Numbered from the stretch's first letter, positions 18,544 through 29,575 are shown. The stretch: 64,000 nucleotides of DNA from Thermodesulfobacteriota bacterium (GCA_964291405.2 OZ219926.1:2848001-2912000), one strand, 5' to 3'. The notes: generated by a model not told the origin, from the sequence alone. Translations and numbers: made by a program.

Positions 18544-19335
18544 CTACCAATCCCGTAAGGGTTCGGCCACGCCGCCGCGTTGGGCCTGCCGGGCAAACTC
18601 CTCCGGGCTGAGTTCTTCGTTACGGGCCGTATCGATCACTGACTGCGCTTCGTCCGTGGACATCTCGTTGGGCTGGTCTTGTCCAGCCTGTCTTTCCTGC
18701 TCCGCCCCAGAGGGAGCCTCTGGCTGTTCTCCGGCGTGTTGCTGGTCTTGTCCGTTCTGCTGCTGTTGCCCGTCGTCTTGTTCGGCTTGTGGCCGCTCTT
18801 CTTGTTCGGGTTGATTTGGCTGGCTGGGTTGGGGTTGATGCTCAAGTTTCTCTTGCAGGGCTTCAAGCCTTTTGGTCACAAACTCATAGTTGAACTTTAC
18901 ATCCTGATCTGTCGGGTCGGCACCAAGCGCCCGCCGATACGCGGCCAAGGCGTTGGTATAGGCGGTGAGAGCTGCCTGCGGATTCTGTTCCTCTGCCTGC
19001 GCGCCCATTTTATACTGGGTATTCCCCATGTTATAGGCGGTCCTGGCGGCCCGTTCGGCATCCTTATCGGAGTCTTCAGGGCTTGCCTGCACGCGTGAGA
19101 AAGAGGACAGCGCTTGCGTGTACTTGCCCGCTTTATAGTGCGCTGTTCCCATATTGAAATTGAGAAGCGGGGAATCGGGATGATCGACTAATGCCTGGCC
19201 ATACGATTCGGTCGCATCACTAAATTTGCCTTCGGAGAATAATCGGTTTCCCTCGACAACTTGGCTGCGCAGACTATCAGTCCAGGCGACACAGAGGAGG
19301 GCACAGCTCAGCAGCAGTCGCTGTACGGTGTTCAC
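18544..19335 (-). CDS. batC: BatC-like TPR protein
   Basis: TPRs, Q-rich linker, C-terminal RDW. Confidence 0.75.
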   Translation of the reverse strand: MNTVQRLLLSCALLCVAWTDSLRSQVVEGNRLFSEGKFSDATESYGQALVDHPDSPLLNFNMGTAHYKAGKYTQALSSFSRVQASPEDSDKDAERAARTAYNMGNTQYKMGAQAEEQNPQAALTAYTNALAAYRRALGADPTDQDVKFNYEFVTKRLEALQEKLEHQPQPSQPNQPEQEERPQAEQDDGQQQQNGQDQQHAGEQPEAPSGAEQERQAGQDQPNEMSTDEAQSVIDTARNEELSPEEFARQAQRGGVAEPLRDW

Positions 19336-20402
19336 GACTCGTTCTCCCTTTCTCTCGGGAATAAGGAGCGACTCAACTGCTCGGGAGGCGCTCCGTCTCC
19401 GACCGCTTGTGAACGCCGGTTCCGGATACAGGCTTCCAGGACGAGGAGGAGAAGGCCCACGGCGAGCGGGAGCTGAAAGCGCTCCGCATAGCGACGCTCC
19501 AGGGTTGAGGTGAGGTCTCGCTTCTCGAGCTGGCTCAGATAGCGCGTATAGATTTCCTCCAGACCCAGACTCGGGCCGGTATCGTAGACATAGGCGCCGC
19601 CCGTTGTCAGCGCAATCTGCTGCAAAGTCTCCGTATCCAAACGCGACTTGACGACCTGCCCCTGGCGGTCTTTCAGAAAACTGCGTCTTCCATCCACGTT
19701 GAGCGGAATCAGTTCGCCTTCCGGGCTGCCGACCCCGACGGTGTAGATTTTGATTCCTTTTGCGGCTGCCTGCTGACTGGCCGCCTGAATCTGTCCGTCA
19801 TGGTCTTCACCATCGGTGATAATCAGCAGGGCGTGATGGTGACCGGGCTGGTTCTCAAAGGCCGCCAGCCCGGTTCTGATGGCCTCGCCCAAGGCGGTTC
19901 CGCCCTTGGGGATAATACCGACCGTGACGGAACGCAGGCTCTCTAAAAATGCTCCGTAATCCAGCGTCAAGGGGCACTGGATAAAAGCCGAGCCCGCAAA
20001 AGCGACCAGTCCAATCCGGTCTCCCTGAAGGTGCTGTACGAAATCCCGAAGGGCGAGTTTAGCACGATCCAGCCGTGTCGGGGTGATATCCGTTGCGAGC
20101 ATGCTGCGCGAGGTGTCAAGCGCGACAACGATATCCGCCCCCTCACGGCGCACCTCTTCCCACTGAAACCCCCAGCGCGGCCCTGCCAGGGCAAGGATCA
20201 GGAAGGTGAGCGCCCCGACCAACAGGCCGACTCGCCAGCGGTGGCCGCGCTGATCCGTATCAGGCGTCAGAACGGGTAGGAGACTGGCCTGGGCGAATTG
20301 TTCCAAGGCGCGCCGTCGCCGTCGCAGGGCCCATATCAGGAGGCCGGCAACAAGCGGAACGCAGAACAACAGCCACAGAAACTGCGGGGTACGCCAAACC
20401 AT
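19332..20402 (-). CDS. batB: BatB-like VWA protein
   Basis: DTSRSM MIDAS, CPLTLDY, TDGED; ATG at 20402 overlaps the batA stop. Confidence 0.8.
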   Translation of the reverse strand: MVWRTPQFLWLLFCVPLVAGLLIWALRRRRRALEQFAQASLLPVLTPDTDQRGHRWRVGLLVGALTFLILALAGPRWGFQWEEVRREGADIVVALDTSRSMLATDITPTRLDRAKLALRDFVQHLQGDRIGLVAFAGSAFIQCPLTLDYGAFLESLRSVTVGIIPKGGTALGEAIRTGLAAFENQPGHHHALLIITDGEDHDGQIQAASQQAAAKGIKIYTVGVGSPEGELIPLNVDGRRSFLKDRQGQVVKSRLDTETLQQIALTTGGAYVYDTGPSLGLEEIYTRYLSQLEKRDLTSTLERRYAERFQLPLAVGLLLLVLEACIRNRRSQAVGDGAPPEQLSRSLFPRERENES

Positions 20403-21397
20403 TAGGGCAGCTTTCGGAGGAGAGTGTGATTCAGGCCCGTTTCCAGACCAGCCAGGGTAAGCGCCAACAGAAGACACCAGGGATAGAGCTCGTCATAATC
20501 GAGGTATAGGGGAGCCCGAAACGGAGTGCGCTCCAACTGGCTAATTGTTTCGTAAACGGCCTGGAGGCTGGCCGTGTCCGTTGCGCGGAAATAGCGCCCT
20601 CCCGTGGTCTGCGCAATATTCGACAGCGTCTCCTCGTCAATATCAACCTGGATGGGACGATAGACGGTATTGCCAAACAGATCCCGGGTCGGATAGGGCG
20701 CCATGCCGCGGGTGCCCGCCCCTATGGTGTATACTTTGATGCCCAGAGTGTGGGCCGCGTCCGCCGCGGTCAGTGGAGAGATCCGGCCCGCATTGTTCTG
20801 TCCATCGGTGAGCAGAATCACGAGCTTGCTCTTGGCCTCCGAGTGCTCCAGACGACCGGTCGCGGTGGCCAGGGCAGAGCCAATGGCTGTACCATCCTCA
20901 ATCATCCCAATCTCGGCTCGGTCCAAATTCTGCAACAGCCAGCCATGATCAAGGGTGAGCGGACACTGGGTATAGGGACGGGCGCTGAACAGGACCAGCC
21001 CAATCCGATCCCCGCCCCGGGCGGTCACAAAATCCCTGACCACAGACTTCACCACCTCCAGCCGATTGGCTCGACCGGTATCCAGACTGAAGTCTTCGGA
21101 CAGCATGCTGCTCGAAATATCAACGGCCAGCACGATATCGATACCTTCACCGTAAGACTGACTCTCGGCTTTGCCGAGTTGCGGACGGGCAAGGGCGAGG
21201 ACGAGGAGAAAGAGGACCGTCCCCCGCAACACCGGTAAAATCCAACGCCAGTTTCGTTTCCCCATATGTGTCAGGGAACGCAGGACAACCAAGCTGGGAT
21301 AACGGACTGCTGCCCCCTGGGTACCCCGCCGTTGGAACCAGAAGACGAGCGGGATGAGGAGCCAGATCAGCAGCACCCAGGGATCATGCAGCCGCAT
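20402..21397 (-). CDS. batA: BatA-like VWA protein
   Basis: DISSSM MIDAS, GTAIG, TDGQNNAG; AGGAGG RBS. Confidence 0.85.
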   Translation of the reverse strand: MRLHDPWVLLIWLLIPLVFWFQRRGTQGAAVRYPSLVVLRSLTHMGKRNWRWILPVLRGTVLFLLVLALARPQLGKAESQSYGEGIDIVLAVDISSSMLSEDFSLDTGRANRLEVVKSVVRDFVTARGGDRIGLVLFSARPYTQCPLTLDHGWLLQNLDRAEIGMIEDGTAIGSALATATGRLEHSEAKSKLVILLTDGQNNAGRISPLTAADAAHTLGIKVYTIGAGTRGMAPYPTRDLFGNTVYRPIQVDIDEETLSNIAQTTGGRYFRATDTASLQAVYETISQLERTPFRAPLYLDYDELYPWCLLLALTLAGLETGLNHTLLRKLP

Positions 21398-22520
21398 GTC
21401 GCTCCTCCTGTGGCCAGTCGCGCTCGTCAGCAAGTGCCTGAGCGTTCTCTGGTCGTGTTTCGTCCACAAAGCGTTTAGCCGCCTCATAGGCGACATCGCT
21501 CTCGTCCAGGCTGGGTCGATGCCGGGCGAATTTGACTAAATCCGCCTGGGCTAAGAACGTACCGAGCAGGTGCTGGTGGGTCGACGGGAGACGGCTGGGG
21601 TGGCCCCCCCTTCCCTTGGGGGGCCGCCGAGCGGAGCGAGAGCGAGGGACAGAAGAATCGCGTGTGACTGCCATCAGGAATTCTTCGGTTGTCATTTCCG
21701 GGGCGCGTACCTGGAGTCCGTCTTCCAGATAGGTCCGAACAATAGCGGACAGGGCAACATAATACGCCTCGAACTGACCGGCTTGCGGGAGGCGCTTGGC
21801 ACGCAGGTGGGACAGGGCCTCAAGTGCGACCTCGTGAGCCGGCCGGGGTGGAAGAACCGCTGCTCGACGGAATCGGTTCAGAAAATAGTAGAGGGCAAGA
21901 CCAATGCCAATCAGCGCGACCAGGATCGCTCCGCCCACGAGGACAGGCCGCCAGTTAAAGGGGACGTCTTCAGGTGGTTTGATATCGCGGATATCGGTCG
22001 GTTGCCCTTCCTGCGTAAGCAAGCTCGCCACATGAACCCGGAGCGCCTCGCCTGTGGTCTCGTGCTGGGTGCCGTCAGACGTTGTATAGGATACGCGCGG
22101 TGCCGGGAGCAGATGATAGCCTGTGGTGAAAATGGTGAGCGTATACCACTGGGTGATGGTGGTTCGTTCCGCCTGCGGCTGGTCTGGCACCCGACCAAAG
22201 TCGATAATATCAAAGTCGCCGATGCGCTCGTGGAACAGTGGGACGGAGACGTCCACGCCCGTCTCCGCGCTGATCGTAATCGTATAGCGAAGATGGTCAC
22301 CTATGGTGATTTCGTCCCGATCGACGCTGGTTTGAAGGTCAACCGGGCCGGTTGGTTTCTCTCCGTCCATAGCGGCCCGGACCACAGATGGCAGATTGAG
22401 GAGGGGCCACGCGGCGATCAGCAGAGCCAGCAGTACTTCTCGGGCAAAAAGAGTAAACGTGCCAGCAGCTTTGTATAACTTGGAGGGCACGTTCACTCTT
22501 TCACGGGGGGGGTGTCTCAT
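21384..22520 (-). CDS. bat-operon membrane protein (DUF4381/BatD-like)
   Basis: DIRDIK, TM segment, EMTTEEF, ADLVKFA. Confidence 0.7.
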   Translation of the reverse strand: MRHPPRERVNVPSKLYKAAGTFTLFAREVLLALLIAAWPLLNLPSVVRAAMDGEKPTGPVDLQTSVDRDEITIGDHLRYTITISAETGVDVSVPLFHERIGDFDIIDFGRVPDQPQAERTTITQWYTLTIFTTGYHLLPAPRVSYTTSDGTQHETTGEALRVHVASLLTQEGQPTDIRDIKPPEDVPFNWRPVLVGGAILVALIGIGLALYYFLNRFRRAAVLPPRPAHEVALEALSHLRAKRLPQAGQFEAYYVALSAIVRTYLEDGLQVRAPEMTTEEFLMAVTRDSSVPRSRSARRPPKGRGGHPSRLPSTHQHLLGTFLAQADLVKFARHRPSLDESDVAYEAAKRFVDETRPENAQALADERDWPQEERHAAA

Positions 22521-22529
22521 GAGGAACTT

Positions 22530-23405
22530 CTAATGCCGCTGTTCGCGCCTGCGAAAAAAGCGCAGCAAAGCGTCTACATACGGCTGGTCAGTGCGCACCG
22601 TAATGGTATCCGTATGCGCACGCTGCAACATGCGCGCTCTGTCGTCCCGGGCCGCTGCCGCCTGCCGGGCGAACTCTTCCCGGACACGCCGGTCACCAGT
22701 ATCGACCAGCTCTCGCTCTCCGGTTTCGGCATCTTGGAGCTCAATCAGACCGATGTTCGGCAGGGTCAGCTCGCGAGGGTCGTCTAACACAATGGCAATC
22801 ACGTCATGGCGACGATTGGCAATAGTGAGCGCAAAGGCGGCGTGCGGGTCGAGCCAATCGGAAATGAGAAAGACCACTGCGCGTCGCTTGCTGACATGAT
22901 TCAGATGTTCCAGGGCGGCCGTAATCTTTGTGCCGCGCTGCTGACTCTGGAAGGAGAGCACCTCACGAATTACCCGTAGAACGTGGCGGAGCCCCTTCTT
23001 CGGCGGGAGCGACAGCTCGACTTCGTTACTGAATATCACCAGCCCGACTTTGTCATTATTGGTGATGGCCGAGAAGGCAAACAGGGCCGCCATCTCTGCT
23101 GCCATCGTACTCTTTAGCTGAGACACGGTTCCAAACCGAGTCGAGGCGCTGGCGTCCACCAAGAGCATTACCGTGAGTTCTCGCTCTTCGCTAAACCGTT
23201 TGACGTGCGGGACGCCCGTCCGGGCGGTGACGTTCCAGTCTATGGTCCGGACATCATCACCGGGGAAGTATTGTCGGACCTCGGCAAACTCCATGCCGTG
23301 GCCCTTGAATGCGCTCTGGTACTGGCCGGCAAACATATCGTTGACCAAATGGCTGGTCCGAATATGAATCTTACGGACCGCTTTGAGTTGTTCCGAAGTG
23401 AGCAT
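22530..23405 (-). CDS. DUF58 family protein
   Basis: GMEFAEVRQYFPGDDVRTIDWNVTAR, EERE. Confidence 0.9.
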   Translation of the reverse strand: MLTSEQLKAVRKIHIRTSHLVNDMFAGQYQSAFKGHGMEFAEVRQYFPGDDVRTIDWNVTARTGVPHVKRFSEERELTVMLLVDASASTRFGTVSQLKSTMAAEMAALFAFSAITNNDKVGLVIFSNEVELSLPPKKGLRHVLRVIREVLSFQSQQRGTKITAALEHLNHVSKRRAVVFLISDWLDPHAAFALTIANRRHDVIAIVLDDPRELTLPNIGLIELQDAETGERELVDTGDRRVREEFARQAAAARDDRARMLQRAHTDTITVRTDQPYVDALLRFFRRREQRH

Positions 23406-23408
23406 AAG

Positions 23409-24398
23409 CTAGGGTACGGGCACGCCGTCAAAGATGTGTTTCAGGACGCTGTCCGCGGTCAGCTCTTCGGCCTCGGCCTCATAGGTAATAATGACCCGGT
23501 GGCGTAGAATATCCGGGCCGATGGATTTTACATCCTGCGGCGTGACGTAGCCGCGTCCCTGGAGCAAGGCATACGCTTTGGCGGCGACGGTCAATGACAA
23601 GGTGGCTCGCGGTGAAGCGCCGTACTGAATAAAACGCTGGACATCGATGTCGTAGGCCGCGGGATCGCGCGTGGCAAAGACCAGATCAATAATGTAGTCC
23701 TTGATTTTATCGTCCAGATAAATCTGGTCGGTCAGGGCACGCAACCGCACAACGTCCTCCGTGCTCAGTACGGGACTGGCGGCGGCGGGCTGAGCGGTGG
23801 ATGCCATACGGTCCAAGATCTGCCGCTCTTCTGCCTTCGAAGGATAGGTGACCCACAGCTTCAGCATGAAACGATCGACCTGGGCCTCTGGCAGGGGATA
23901 CGTGCCTTCCTGCTCAATGGGATTCTGGGTGGCCAGAACGAGGAAGGGCGCTGGCAGGAGATGGGTCTCCTCACCTATGGTGACCTGACGTTCCTGCATA
24001 GCCTCCAACAAGGCGCTTTGAACCTTGGCCGGTGCCCGGTTAATCTCATCCGCCAGAACGATATTGGCAAAGACCGGCCCTTTCTTGGTGGTAAACGTCC
24101 CCTCGCGAGGATTGTAAATCAGCGTCCCGATAAGGTCTGCGGGCAGGAGGTCCGGGGTAAATTGGAGCCGCTGAAAGCGGGCGCTGATTGCTTGGGCTAG
24201 GGTCTTCACCGACAGGGTCTTGGCCAGGCCGGGGACACCTTCCAACAGGACGTGACCGTTTGCCAACAGACCGACAATCAAGCGGTCCACGAGATACTGC
24301 TGACCGATAATGACCTGGCCAATAGCGTCTCGTAAGCGCGCCAGTGATGCCGCTTCTTCTCTCACGCGTTCGTTCAGAGCCGAAATATCTCCGTCCAT
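23409..24398 (-). CDS. moxR: MoxR family AAA+ ATPase
   Basis: GVPGLAKT, DEINRAPAKVQSALLEAMQE, ATQNPIEQEGTYPLPEAQVDRF. Confidence 0.95.
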   Translation of the reverse strand: MDGDISALNERVREEAASLARLRDAIGQVIIGQQYLVDRLIVGLLANGHVLLEGVPGLAKTLSVKTLAQAISARFQRLQFTPDLLPADLIGTLIYNPREGTFTTKKGPVFANIVLADEINRAPAKVQSALLEAMQERQVTIGEETHLLPAPFLVLATQNPIEQEGTYPLPEAQVDRFMLKLWVTYPSKAEERQILDRMASTAQPAAASPVLSTEDVVRLRALTDQIYLDDKIKDYIIDLVFATRDPAAYDIDVQRFIQYGASPRATLSLTVAAKAYALLQGRGYVTPQDVKSIGPDILRHRVIITYEAEAEELTADSVLKHIFDGVPVP

Positions 24399-24528
24399 GT
24401 CTCTGGATGTTCTCCTCAGTCGGGGCTGTCACAGGTAATCTGTAGACGGTAATAGACGATGACAAGCCTGAATTTCTTCATTGATTTGAGTTGTTTGTTT
24501 GTCCGAGACTGCCCGTCTCTGATGCGGA

Positions 24529-24557
24529 AAAGTAAGAACCGAAACCACGGGTGTCAA
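24529..24557 (-). promoter_or_regulatory. Putative sigma70 promoter of the moxR-bat operon
   Basis: TTGACA-17 nt-TACTTT on the minus strand. Confidence 0.5.
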
Positions 24558-24662
24558 GGGTACTCAAGAAGAGCAGGACTCTTGAGCCACAGCCAATAAA
24601 TAGGCTATGTTTCTGTCCTTCAAGCCTTTTTGACAAGGGCTCTGGTCCGGGCAGGGGAGATA

Positions 24663-26354
24663 ATGAAACAGAACGGGGAGCGCGGCAGAAAACGTCCACG
24701 GGGTCTTCGCACTCGGCCGAAAGGGCGCAGTGTTGACCCTCAGGCCCTCCGAGAAGTCCAAACGTTGCTGGCCGATGCCCCACGCCGGCGGGACCTCCTG
24801 ATCGAACATCTGCATCTCATCCAGGATCGCTATGGCCACCTGTCTGCGGCTCACTTGGTTGCCCTCGCCCACGAAATGCAGCTCGCTCCAGTCGAAGTGT
24901 ACGAGGTTGCCAGCTTTTACCATCATTTCGATGTGGTCAAAGAAGGAGAGACCCCGCCACCGGCGCTCACCGTTCGCGTGTGTGACTCGGTCAGTTGTGA
25001 GTTGGCCGGAGCAGAGCAATTGATTCCCGCCCTAGAGCGAGAATTCGGTAAAACGGTGCGGGTCCAGCGCGTTCCCTGCGTAGGTCGGTGTGAAACCGCA
25101 CCGGTCGCGGTGGTCGGCCAGAACCCAATCGGTACGGCCAGCCTGGAGCAGGTGAGACAAGCCATCGAACACAAGGCGACCCAAGCCAGCTTGCCGGCGG
25201 ACACGGTTGACTATCAGGCCTATCAGGCGGCCGGCGGATATCATATCCTGGGTGAGTGTCTCAACGGCAGCCGCGATGTCGATTCAGTTTTGCGCGCTCT
25301 GGAGGATTCCGGCTTACGCGGCCTTGGCGGTGCCGGCTTTCCCGCCGGACGCAAGTGGCGCATCGTCCGTGGTTACGAGGGGCCGCGCCTCTTGGCGGTC
25401 AATATTGACGAGGGCGAGCCAGGCACCTTTAAGGACCGCTATTATCTTGAACGCGACCCGTGTCGTTTTCTGGAAGGGATGTTGATCGCTGCTTGGGCGG
25501 CTGAAATCGATACCATCTATATCTATATCCGGGATGAATACCCGGCCTGTCTTCAGATTCTCAAGAACGCGATTGCCGCCCTGGAGGCCGACCCGCCGAT
25601 GGCGCTCCCCGCTATCCATCTCCGCCGTGGGGCGGGTGCGTATATCTGTGGCGAAGAGTCGGGCATGATCGAGTCCATCGAGGGCAAACGCGGCATGCCG
25701 CGGCTACGGCCACCGTATGTGGCCGAGGTCGGCTTGTTCGGACGCCCGACACTGGAGCATAATTTTGAAACCCTGTATTGGGTGCGCGATATTCTGGAGC
25801 GCGGACCGGAGTGGTTTGCGAGTCAGGGGCGGAGAGGGCGTAAGGGGCTCCGTTCGTTTTCCGTCAGCGGTCGCGTCCAAAAGCCGGGGGTGCACTTGGC
25901 CCCGGCCGGCATCAGTCTGCGTGAGCTGATCGACGAGTATTGCGAGGGTATGCTGCCCGGACACGAGCTGTACGCCTACTTTCCCGGTGGCGCGTCCGGC
26001 GGTATTTTGCCCGCCACGCTGGCCGACCTACCGCTCGACTTCGACACCCTGCAACCCTACGGCTGTTTCATCGGCTCCGCGGCGATTATCGTTTTGTCCG
26101 ATAAAGACAGCGCCAAGACCGCGGCGCTCAATGCCATGCGCTTTTTCTCGCATGAATCCTGCGGGAAATGTACGCCGTGTCGCGTGGGGACACGGAAAGC
26201 AGCCGGGCTAATGGCGCAAGACCGCTGGGATGTGCCCCTGCTTGAGGAGTTGGCTCAAGTCATGGGCGACGCCTCGATCTGTGGCCTAGGCCAGGCCGCG
26301 CCCAACCCGCTACGCAGCATCATCCAACACTTCTCAGAGGAGCTTGCCTCATGA
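24663..26354 (+). CDS. NAD-dependent formate dehydrogenase diaphorase subunit (NuoE+NuoF-like fusion)
   Basis: GLRGLGGAGFP, DEGEPGTFKD, GAYICGEE, ESCGKCTPCR, with an N-terminal 2Fe-2S domain. Confidence 0.85.
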   Translation: MKQNGERGRKRPRGLRTRPKGRSVDPQALREVQTLLADAPRRRDLLIEHLHLIQDRYGHLSAAHLVALAHEMQLAPVEVYEVASFYHHFDVVKEGETPPPALTVRVCDSVSCELAGAEQLIPALEREFGKTVRVQRVPCVGRCETAPVAVVGQNPIGTASLEQVRQAIEHKATQASLPADTVDYQAYQAAGGYHILGECLNGSRDVDSVLRALEDSGLRGLGGAGFPAGRKWRIVRGYEGPRLLAVNIDEGEPGTFKDRYYLERDPCRFLEGMLIAAWAAEIDTIYIYIRDEYPACLQILKNAIAALEADPPMALPAIHLRRGAGAYICGEESGMIESIEGKRGMPRLRPPYVAEVGLFGRPTLEHNFETLYWVRDILERGPEWFASQGRRGRKGLRSFSVSGRVQKPGVHLAPAGISLRELIDEYCEGMLPGHELYAYFPGGASGGILPATLADLPLDFDTLQPYGCFIGSAAIIVLSDKDSAKTAALNAMRFFSHESCGKCTPCRVGTRKAAGLMAQDRWDVPLLEELAQVMGDASICGLGQAAPNPLRSIIQHFSEELAS

Positions 26355-29104
26355 CCGCCGTTCCCGAAAGCGCAAAGCCGACCTCCTTTCTCCTGGACGG
26401 GCGGGCGGTCGACGCCCTGCCTGGCGAAACCATTCTCCAGGCCGCCCGTCGTCATGGCGTTGATATTCCTCATCTGTGCTATAAAGACGGGCTCCGACCG
26501 GACGGAAATTGTCGCGCCTGTGTGGTGGAAGTGAAGGGGGAGCGTCCCCTTGCGCCGGCCTGCTGCCGGACACCGCAGGAGGGCATGGAGGTGGCGAGCA
26601 CGAGTGAGCGCGCCCGCCTCTCCCAGAAGATGGTGCTCGAACTGCTGCTCTCGGACGTTGTCGACACCCCCTATACCCGCGACTCCGAACTGGCGACCTG
26701 GGCACGCGTACTGGAAGTCGGCCCACCGCGCTTCGCCCCGCGCCGGCAGCCGCAAGCGGATGGGTCTCACCCGGCCATCGCCGTGAATCTCGACGCCTGT
26801 ATTCAGTGCACCCGTTGTCAGCGTGCCTGTCGTGAGGAGCAGGTGAACGATGTCATTGGCTACGCCCTGCGCGGCAGCCAGGCTAAGATCGTCTTTGATG
26901 TGGACGACCCCATGGGCAGCAGCTCCTGCGTTGGCTGTGGTGAATGTGTCCAGGCCTGTCCCACGGGTGCGCTCATGCCAGCCAAGGAGGTGGGACTGGT
27001 TGAGCCGGACAAAACAGTGGATTCCGTGTGCCCCTATTGCGGAGTGGGCTGTCTGCTCACCTATCACGTCAAAGACAACACAATTCTACAGGTCACCGGG
27101 CGTGACGGCCCGTCCAACCACGGCCGGCTGTGCGTAAAAGGCCGCTACGGCTTTGACTATATCACCCATCCGCACCGGCTCACCCAACCCTTGATACGAA
27201 AACCGGGGGTCCCCAAGTCTACCGAGATCACGATCGACCCGGCTGATCCTTCGGATGTCTTTCGTGTAGCCTCCTGGGAAGAGGCGCTCGACTGTGCTGC
27301 GAGTGGCCTTAAAAAAATCCGTGACGAAAAGGGCGGTCAGGCGCTGGCCGGATTTGGCTCGGCCAAAGGCAGCAATGAAGAAGCCTATCTTTTCCAAAAG
27401 CTGGTGCGGACCGGATTCGGGACGAACAACGTCGATCACTGCACGCGGCTGTGCCACGCCTCGTCGGTCGCCGCTCTGCTGGAAGGCATCGGGTCGGGCG
27501 CGGTTTCCAACCAAGTGGCAGACGTGGCGCAGGCGGAGTGCATTATCGTCATTGGCTCCAACGCCTCGGAGAACCATCCGGTTGCGGCGACCTTTATGAA
27601 GAATGCGGCCAAAGCGGGTAAGACGCTGGTGGTCATGGACCCCCGTCGGACCGAGCTCGCCCGCCACGCGTCATATTATCTCCAGTTCAAACCGGACACT
27701 GATGTGGCCCTGCTCAACGCCATGATGCACACCATCATCGAGGAAGGCTTGGTACACCGGGAATTTATCGAGCAGCGCACTGCCGGGTTTGAGCTCATCA
27801 AGCAAAACGTGGCCGGTTTTAGCCCCGAAGAGATGGAGCCCGTATGCGGGATTGCCGCCGAGACCATTCGAGAAGTTGCTCGTCGCTATGCTACCGCGTC
27901 CGGTTCCATGATTTTCTGGGGGATGGGCGTTTCGCAACATATCCACGGCACGGACAACGCGCGCTGTCTCATCGCGCTCGCGCTGATGACCGGACAGATC
28001 GGTCGTCCTGGGACCGGACTCCATCCGTTACGCGGCCAAAACAATGTCCAGGGGGCGTCTGACGCCGGCCTGATTCCCATGATGTTCCCCGACTACCAGC
28101 GGGTCGATAACGAGGAGATACGTCAGCGCTTCGAGGCCCTGTGGGACGTCTCCCTGGACCCGCAAGCCGGTCTGACCGTGGTCGAGATCATGGACGCCAT
28201 TCTCGACGACCGGCTGCACGGCATGTACATCATGGGCGAAAACCCGGCCATGTCCGACCCCAACCTGCACCACGCGCGGCAAGCGTTGGCCAAGCTCGAC
28301 CATCTGGTCGTGCAGGATTTGTTTCTGACCGAGACCGCGGCGTTTGCCGACGTGGTCCTGCCGGCGTCCGCACTCCCGGAGAAGACCGGCACGTTCACCA
28401 ACACCGACCGGCGCGTCCAGCTCGCCCGTAAAGCGCTTGACCCGCCAGGCCAGGCCCGTCAGGACCTGGACATCATTCAAGACATGGCCCGCCGTCTGGG
28501 ACTGGACTGGCAGTACCGCGACACCGCGGCGGTCTACGAAGAGATGCGTCAGGCTATTTCCGCCCTCGGGGGGATCAGCTGGTCGCGGCTCGAAAGCCAA
28601 GACTCCGTCACCTACCCCTGCTGGACCGAAGACGACCCGGGCCGGCCGGTGGTGTTTCAAAAGAATTTTCCGACCTCGGACGGCATAGGCCGGTTCGTCC
28701 CCGCGCGCCTGATTCACGCCGACGAACTGCCTGATACCGAGTTTCCGTTTGTACTGATTACCGGCCGCCAGCTCGAACACTGGCATACCGGCGCGATGAC
28801 CCGCCGGGCAAGCGTCCTGGACGCCATCGAACCGCAGCCCGTGATCAACGTCCATCCTGAAGACCTGGTCGCGCTGGACGGAGCGGAAGGAGACCTCCTG
28901 ACCATTGCCTCCCGCCGGGGTGAGATTACCGCCTACGCACGAGTGGATGCCGGCCTGCAACGCAACGAGATTTTCATCCCCTTCTGCTATCAGGAAGCCG
29001 CCGCAAACCTGCTGACGAACGAAGCGCTGGACCCCTACGGGAAAATTCCCGAGTTCAAATACTGCGCGGTCCGAGTCAGCGTCAATCGCACCGCGGAAGC
29101 CTGA
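26351..29104 (+). CDS. Formate dehydrogenase alpha subunit (Mo/W-bis-PGD, Cys ligand)
   Basis: Fe-S motifs, CPYCGVGC, HCTRLCHASS, PLRGQNNVQG, KIPEFKYCA. Confidence 0.9.
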   Translation: MTAVPESAKPTSFLLDGRAVDALPGETILQAARRHGVDIPHLCYKDGLRPDGNCRACVVEVKGERPLAPACCRTPQEGMEVASTSERARLSQKMVLELLLSDVVDTPYTRDSELATWARVLEVGPPRFAPRRQPQADGSHPAIAVNLDACIQCTRCQRACREEQVNDVIGYALRGSQAKIVFDVDDPMGSSSCVGCGECVQACPTGALMPAKEVGLVEPDKTVDSVCPYCGVGCLLTYHVKDNTILQVTGRDGPSNHGRLCVKGRYGFDYITHPHRLTQPLIRKPGVPKSTEITIDPADPSDVFRVASWEEALDCAASGLKKIRDEKGGQALAGFGSAKGSNEEAYLFQKLVRTGFGTNNVDHCTRLCHASSVAALLEGIGSGAVSNQVADVAQAECIIVIGSNASENHPVAATFMKNAAKAGKTLVVMDPRRTELARHASYYLQFKPDTDVALLNAMMHTIIEEGLVHREFIEQRTAGFELIKQNVAGFSPEEMEPVCGIAAETIREVARRYATASGSMIFWGMGVSQHIHGTDNARCLIALALMTGQIGRPGTGLHPLRGQNNVQGASDAGLIPMMFPDYQRVDNEEIRQRFEALWDVSLDPQAGLTVVEIMDAILDDRLHGMYIMGENPAMSDPNLHHARQALAKLDHLVVQDLFLTETAAFADVVLPASALPEKTGTFTNTDRRVQLARKALDPPGQARQDLDIIQDMARRLGLDWQYRDTAAVYEEMRQAISALGGISWSRLESQDSVTYPCWTEDDPGRPVVFQKNFPTSDGIGRFVPARLIHADELPDTEFPFVLITGRQLEHWHTGAMTRRASVLDAIEPQPVINVHPEDLVALDGAEGDLLTIASRRGEITAYARVDAGLQRNEIFIPFCYQEAAANLLTNEALDPYGKIPEFKYCAVRVSVNRTAEA

Positions 29105-29149
29105 CCGGCACTCCTCGTCACGCGCCGTTCAGGCACCGGAAGGGCCTCC

Positions 29150-29521
29150 CTAATGCAGGTCCCGGGCGTATTCTTTCAGCAGCGCCAGGGGAATATGTTC
29201 GAGGGTGGCCTCGTGGGTGGAGGCTAGTATCACGACGGGTGCGGCCCCGGCCTCATAGGCTTCTTTCCAGCGCAGCGCACACAGACACCAGCAGTCTCCG
29301 GGCTGGAGGCCGGCAAAGCCAAGCTCCGGGCGGGGCGTGCTCAGGTCGTTGCCCTTCGCCTTGGAGAAGGCCAGAAATTCTTCGGTAACTTGGGTACACA
29401 CGGTATGCAGGCCGACATCTTCCCTGCCGGTATTGCAGCAGCCGTCTCGATAAAAACCGGTTAACGGCCGCGAACTGCACACTTCAAGTTTTTCGCCTAA
29501 GACATTTTTTGATTCGTACAT
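29150..29521 (-). CDS. DUF2237 family protein
   Basis: NVLGEKL..C...PLTGFYRDGCC, GNDLSTP, WCLCA. Confidence 0.85.
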   Translation of the reverse strand: MYESKNVLGEKLEVCSSRPLTGFYRDGCCNTGREDVGLHTVCTQVTEEFLAFSKAKGNDLSTPRPELGFAGLQPGDCWCLCALRWKEAYEAGAAPVVILASTHEATLEHIPLALLKEYARDLH

Positions 29522-29575
29522 AATGAAGATATCTCTCCCATGCTCCGTGTATGAACATCTTTCTCAGAGACACAA

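Noticed and set aside
15833-24398. moxR-VWA-TPR operon as a novel system
   Set aside because: It matches the well-known Bat operon organisation
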